A stretch of DNA of 64,000 bases, taken from assembly GCA_963756985.1 (NCBI GenBank), contig CAVWPV010000014.1:206-64205 (forward strand), read 5' to 3'. The notes below the pieces were generated by a model that was given only the letters and a program-made list of their open reading frames with translations, had not been told where the DNA came from and did not search any database. Both the position numbers and the translations under genes were made by a program. Source of the stretch: an uncultured Solirubrobacteraceae bacterium. Lineage in GTDB: Bacteria; Actinomycetota; Thermoleophilia; Solirubrobacterales; Solirubrobacteraceae. Below, one piece after another: positions 61,065 through 64,000 of this stretch (the stretch's first letter is position 1; every line of letters begins with the position of its first letter).

Positions 61065-61436
61065 TCAGGCGCCGCGGATCACGCGGAGGATGACGGGCAG
61101 CGTGGTTCGCCTCGCCGCCTCCACGACGCCGGCGAGCTCCTCGTCGCGGAGCTCCTCGGCATACTCGATCACGACAACGAGCGGCTCCTCGCCGGGCTCG
61201 TGGTGCGACAGTACGCGGTGGATCTCGTCGGGCTGATCTGCGAGCGATTCCGGCGAGGGCACCGTGAGCACCACTCGCCCGGCCGCCGGCGGCTCGAGCA
61301 CGCCTTGTTCGTCGACCGGACCATGCTCGACGATCGCCTCTCCGGCAGCGACCGCGGCGGGCGGTGTCGCGGCGAGCGCCTCCGCGAGCGCCGTGTCGCG
61401 CGGGATCTGCAGGATAAGCACGGCGCCGTCGGTCAC
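61065..61436 (-). CDS. Hypothetical protein
   Basis: Acidic ORF with typical codon usage; GTG 6 nt after TACGAT -10 (leaderless). Confidence 0.6.
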   Translation of the reverse strand: MTDGAVLILQIPRDTALAEALAATPPAAVAAGEAIVEHGPVDEQGVLEPPAAGRVVLTVPSPESLADQPDEIHRVLSHHEPGEEPLVVVIEYAEELRDEELAGVVEAARRTTLPVILRVIRGA

Positions 61437-61477
61437 CTGAGGATCGTAACCGGCAGTGCCAGACTCCCGGCTAGCCG

Positions 61478-61992
61478 ATGAACGCATCGAGAAAACTGCT
61501 CGCCGTCGCTGTGTGCGGGACGACGCTCGCAGTTGCGGGGTGCGGCAGCACGACCAGTCGCTCCACAACGCACCTCGTGAGCCCTCGCTCCACGACGCGC
61601 CCCGTAAGTCCCACGTTCCGACGAAGCCATCGAACCACTACGCGAGCCAGACGACACAGTCCGGGCGCTCAGTTGGTCCTGGCACGATCGTGTTGCGCCG
61701 GCTTGGAACGATCCACTACGGCTGCTCGGGGGCGGACGGCATCGACGCCGTGTTGGAACCGCGTGGGGTGTTGGCTACGGAGACCGCCTACGTCGAGGGC
61801 GCAAGCCATCAGCATCTCCGCGGAGCAACGATTCAGCCTGGCGTGACCGGGTTCGCGGTAAAGGCACCCGTCGGGCGGGACCGAGCTGTGGCACTTGATC
61901 CAGTCGACGGAGCCCGAGACGCTCGACGCCCGGGTCGCGATCACGGTCGAGCAACGGCTGCGCCGCTAGGTGGCTCGCACAGGTTGGCGTGA
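61478..61992 (+). CDS. Putative lipoprotein, probably frameshifted
   Basis: Lipobox VAGC and Ser/Thr-rich linker; coding signal appears to switch frame near 61680. Confidence 0.45.
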
Positions 61993-62030
61993 TCTCGCAC
62001 GCGGGGCCGTGGTCGCCGCCACGCCCGTGG

Positions 62031-62380
62031 CTATAGATAGCCGCTGAGGAGTCCGCCTCGGCGTCGAGCTGCTGGCCCGCATCGGCACGGCCGAGCTCGA
62101 CGTACTCACGAGCCGCCTGCCGGCGCTCCTCGACCTGTTGGATGACGATCGCGTGGATCTCTGCGTCGCTAAGCGTCCGCCGAGGAACGTCGGACGATCC
62201 CGCTCCAAGCGACGCGCCGGCGACGTGGCTGCTGTTGGCGGCGCGCTGTGTTGCGTGATCGCGTGCTTCGACCGCTTCGGCGTTGTCGATCGCGGCGATC
62301 GCCGACCGCAATGCCGAGACGGCCGTGCGGTCGCGCGCCTTGAGTGCCCTGGGCAGATCGTTGCGAAGCTGGTCTCGCAT
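62031..62380 (-). CDS. YqeY-like protein (frameshift near C-terminus)
   Basis: LRNDLPRALKARDRTAVSALRSAIAAIDNAE...AREYVELGR..EA; alternative frame ends LLSGYL*. Confidence 0.65.
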
Positions 62381-62411
62381 CGATCGAACGGTAACCATCG
62401 TACGGGCGCCG

Positions 62412-63345
62412 TCAGGTAGAGCTGCCTGGCCGGGTGCGGACCCCGGCAGGCTGACCAGCCTCGATGACGACGGGCTCGAGCGGAATCCGCGCGGGGTCGA
62501 AGTCGTCGAGCAGCTCGCTTGCGGTCGTCACCGGCTTGTTGAAACCGAGCGTGCTCGCGAGCAGCGATCAGCGTCGCGGCCGCCGGCTCGTCACGATCGG
62601 CAAGCGTCGCAGCCTGATCGCGCTTCGCCAGGCGCGAGCCGTCGGGAGCGAGCACCAGCGGGACGTGGGCGTAGCTCGGCACCGGTAGTCCGAGCAGCCG
62701 CGCGAGCAGGATCTGCCGCGGTGTCGAGTCGGCGAGATCCGCACCTCGGACGACCTCGCCGATCCCCTGGTCGGCGTCGTCGACGATCACGGCGAGCTGG
62801 TAGGCCGGGACGCCGTCGGCGCGCCGCACGACGAAGTCATCGACGATCGCGCCGACTCGTCCGAGCAGGCGGTCGTCGAACTCGATCCGCTCTGAGCTCG
62901 CCCGGACGCGGAGCGCGTAGCGACGTCCCTCGGCGATCCGGCGCGACTGTTCCTCGGCGGTGAGATCGCTGCACGTGCCCGGGTAGGCGCCTTCGGGAGA
63001 GTCGCCGTGCGGCGCCGACGCGGCCTCGCGGATCTCGGCACGCGTGCAGAAGCACGGGTACAGGTGGCCCTGGCCTTGCAGCTCCGCGATCGCCTGGTCA
63101 TACAACGGCATCCGCTCGGACTGCCGGACGACCGGGCCGTCCCAATCGAGCCCGAGCGCTCGGAGGTCGGCGAGCTGCTCCGCTTCGTATTCACGTCTCG
63201 ATCGCTGTGCATCCAGGTCCTCGACCCGGACCAGGAAGCTCGCCGACTGCGACCGCGCGAACAGCCACGCCACAAGCGCCGTGCGCAAGCTGCCGAGATG
63301 GAGCGGTCCCGTCGGCGACGGGGCGAACCGGCCGTCGGCTGTCAT
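62412..63345 (-). CDS. gluQ: Glutamyl-queuosine tRNA(Asp) synthetase (frameshift near 62570)
   Basis: GRFAPSPTGPLHLG, CFCTR, YPGTC, YQLAVIVDD, VVRGADL, RLAKR; no anticodon-binding domain. Confidence 0.88.
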
Positions 63346-63387
63346 CCGAACATTTTGTTCGGTCGCCGCGATGCGAACATTGGACCG

Positions 63388-64000
63388 ATGAGCCGTCTGT
63401 TCGAGCCGATTCCGCGAGACCGCAGCGTCCGGCGTGCGACCCAGCTCGTGATCGGCGTCGCGATGTACGGCGCGACTGCCGGGATGCTCGTGCTGGCCGG
63501 CCTCGGCCTCGATCCGTGGGACGTGCTCCACCAGGGCCTGTCGCGGACGATCGGGCTGGGGATCGGGACGTGGGCGATCATCGTCAGCATGGTCGTGCTC
63601 TCGGGCTGGACGCTGCTCCGCCAGCGGCCGGGCGTCGGCACGCTCATCAACGCAGTCGGTGTGGGGCTGGTGATCGATCTGCTCGTGGCCGAATTTCACC
63701 AGCCGCACGCGCTATGGGCGCGGATCCTGCTAATGGTCGGCGGCGTGGTCGGCAACGGCATCGCGACCGGTCTCTACATCGGCGCGGGACTCGGTCCGGG
63801 TGCTCGCGACGGGCTGACGACCGGCGTCGCGAGCCGCGGCCACTCGATTCGCATCGTCCGCACGTCGATCGAGGCGACCGTCCTGCTGACCGGCTTCCTG
63901 CTCGGCGGGACCGTAGGTATCGGCACCGTCTTCTACGCGCTCGCGATCGGCCCGATCACGCACTTCACGATCCCCGCGCTGGCGATCGACGACCGGCTGC
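63388..64000 (+). CDS. YczE/YyaS/YitT family membrane protein, 3'-truncated by window edge
   Basis: GLGLDPWDVLHQGLS, RPGVGTL, GLGPGARDGL, GGTVGIGT. Confidence 0.85.
   Translation, partial: MSRLFEPIPRDRSVRRATQLVIGVAMYGATAGMLVLAGLGLDPWDVLHQGLSRTIGLGIGTWAIIVSMVVLSGWTLLRQRPGVGTLINAVGVGLVIDLLVAEFHQPHALWARILLMVGGVVGNGIATGLYIGAGLGPGARDGLTTGVASRGHSIRIVRTSIEATVLLTGFLLGGTVGIGTVFYALAIGPITHFTIPALAIDDRL

Overview
A 64 kb, very GC-rich bacterial chromosomal segment. Gene content and protein style suggest a deep-branching actinobacterium (Thermoleophilia/Solirubrobacterales-like); this is inference, not a database result. The backbone is a conserved housekeeping run: tilS-hpt-ftsH...folP-folB-folK...coaX...dusB...greA-lysS-clpC...radA-disA-carD-ispD-ispF...cysS-rlmB-sigH (Firmicutes-type SigH). 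It is interspersed with lipid/acyl-CoA metabolism genes, a PadR-controlled ABC-2 exporter and secreted cell-envelope enzymes. I saw no rRNA, tRNA, CRISPR array, transposase or integrase. More than ten genes carry 1-2 nt frameshifts, densest at 53-63 kb and most likely consensus errors. The most unusual signals are: (i) two segments (a lytic transglycosylase gene and a TetR-ligase-monooxygenase-hydrolase cassette) with a mirror-image G/T-rich to C/A-rich synonymous strand skew; (ii) an ATPase-less ClpC N-terminal paralogue directly upstream of clpC; (iii) a MerR-HTH adenylate cyclase coupled to tilS-hpt; (iv) a promoter-hairpin-terminator leader before greA; (v) apparent ATC start codons for carD and deoD; (vi) a shared CTCAR-N7-YTGAG inverted repeat near the transglycosylase and sigH.
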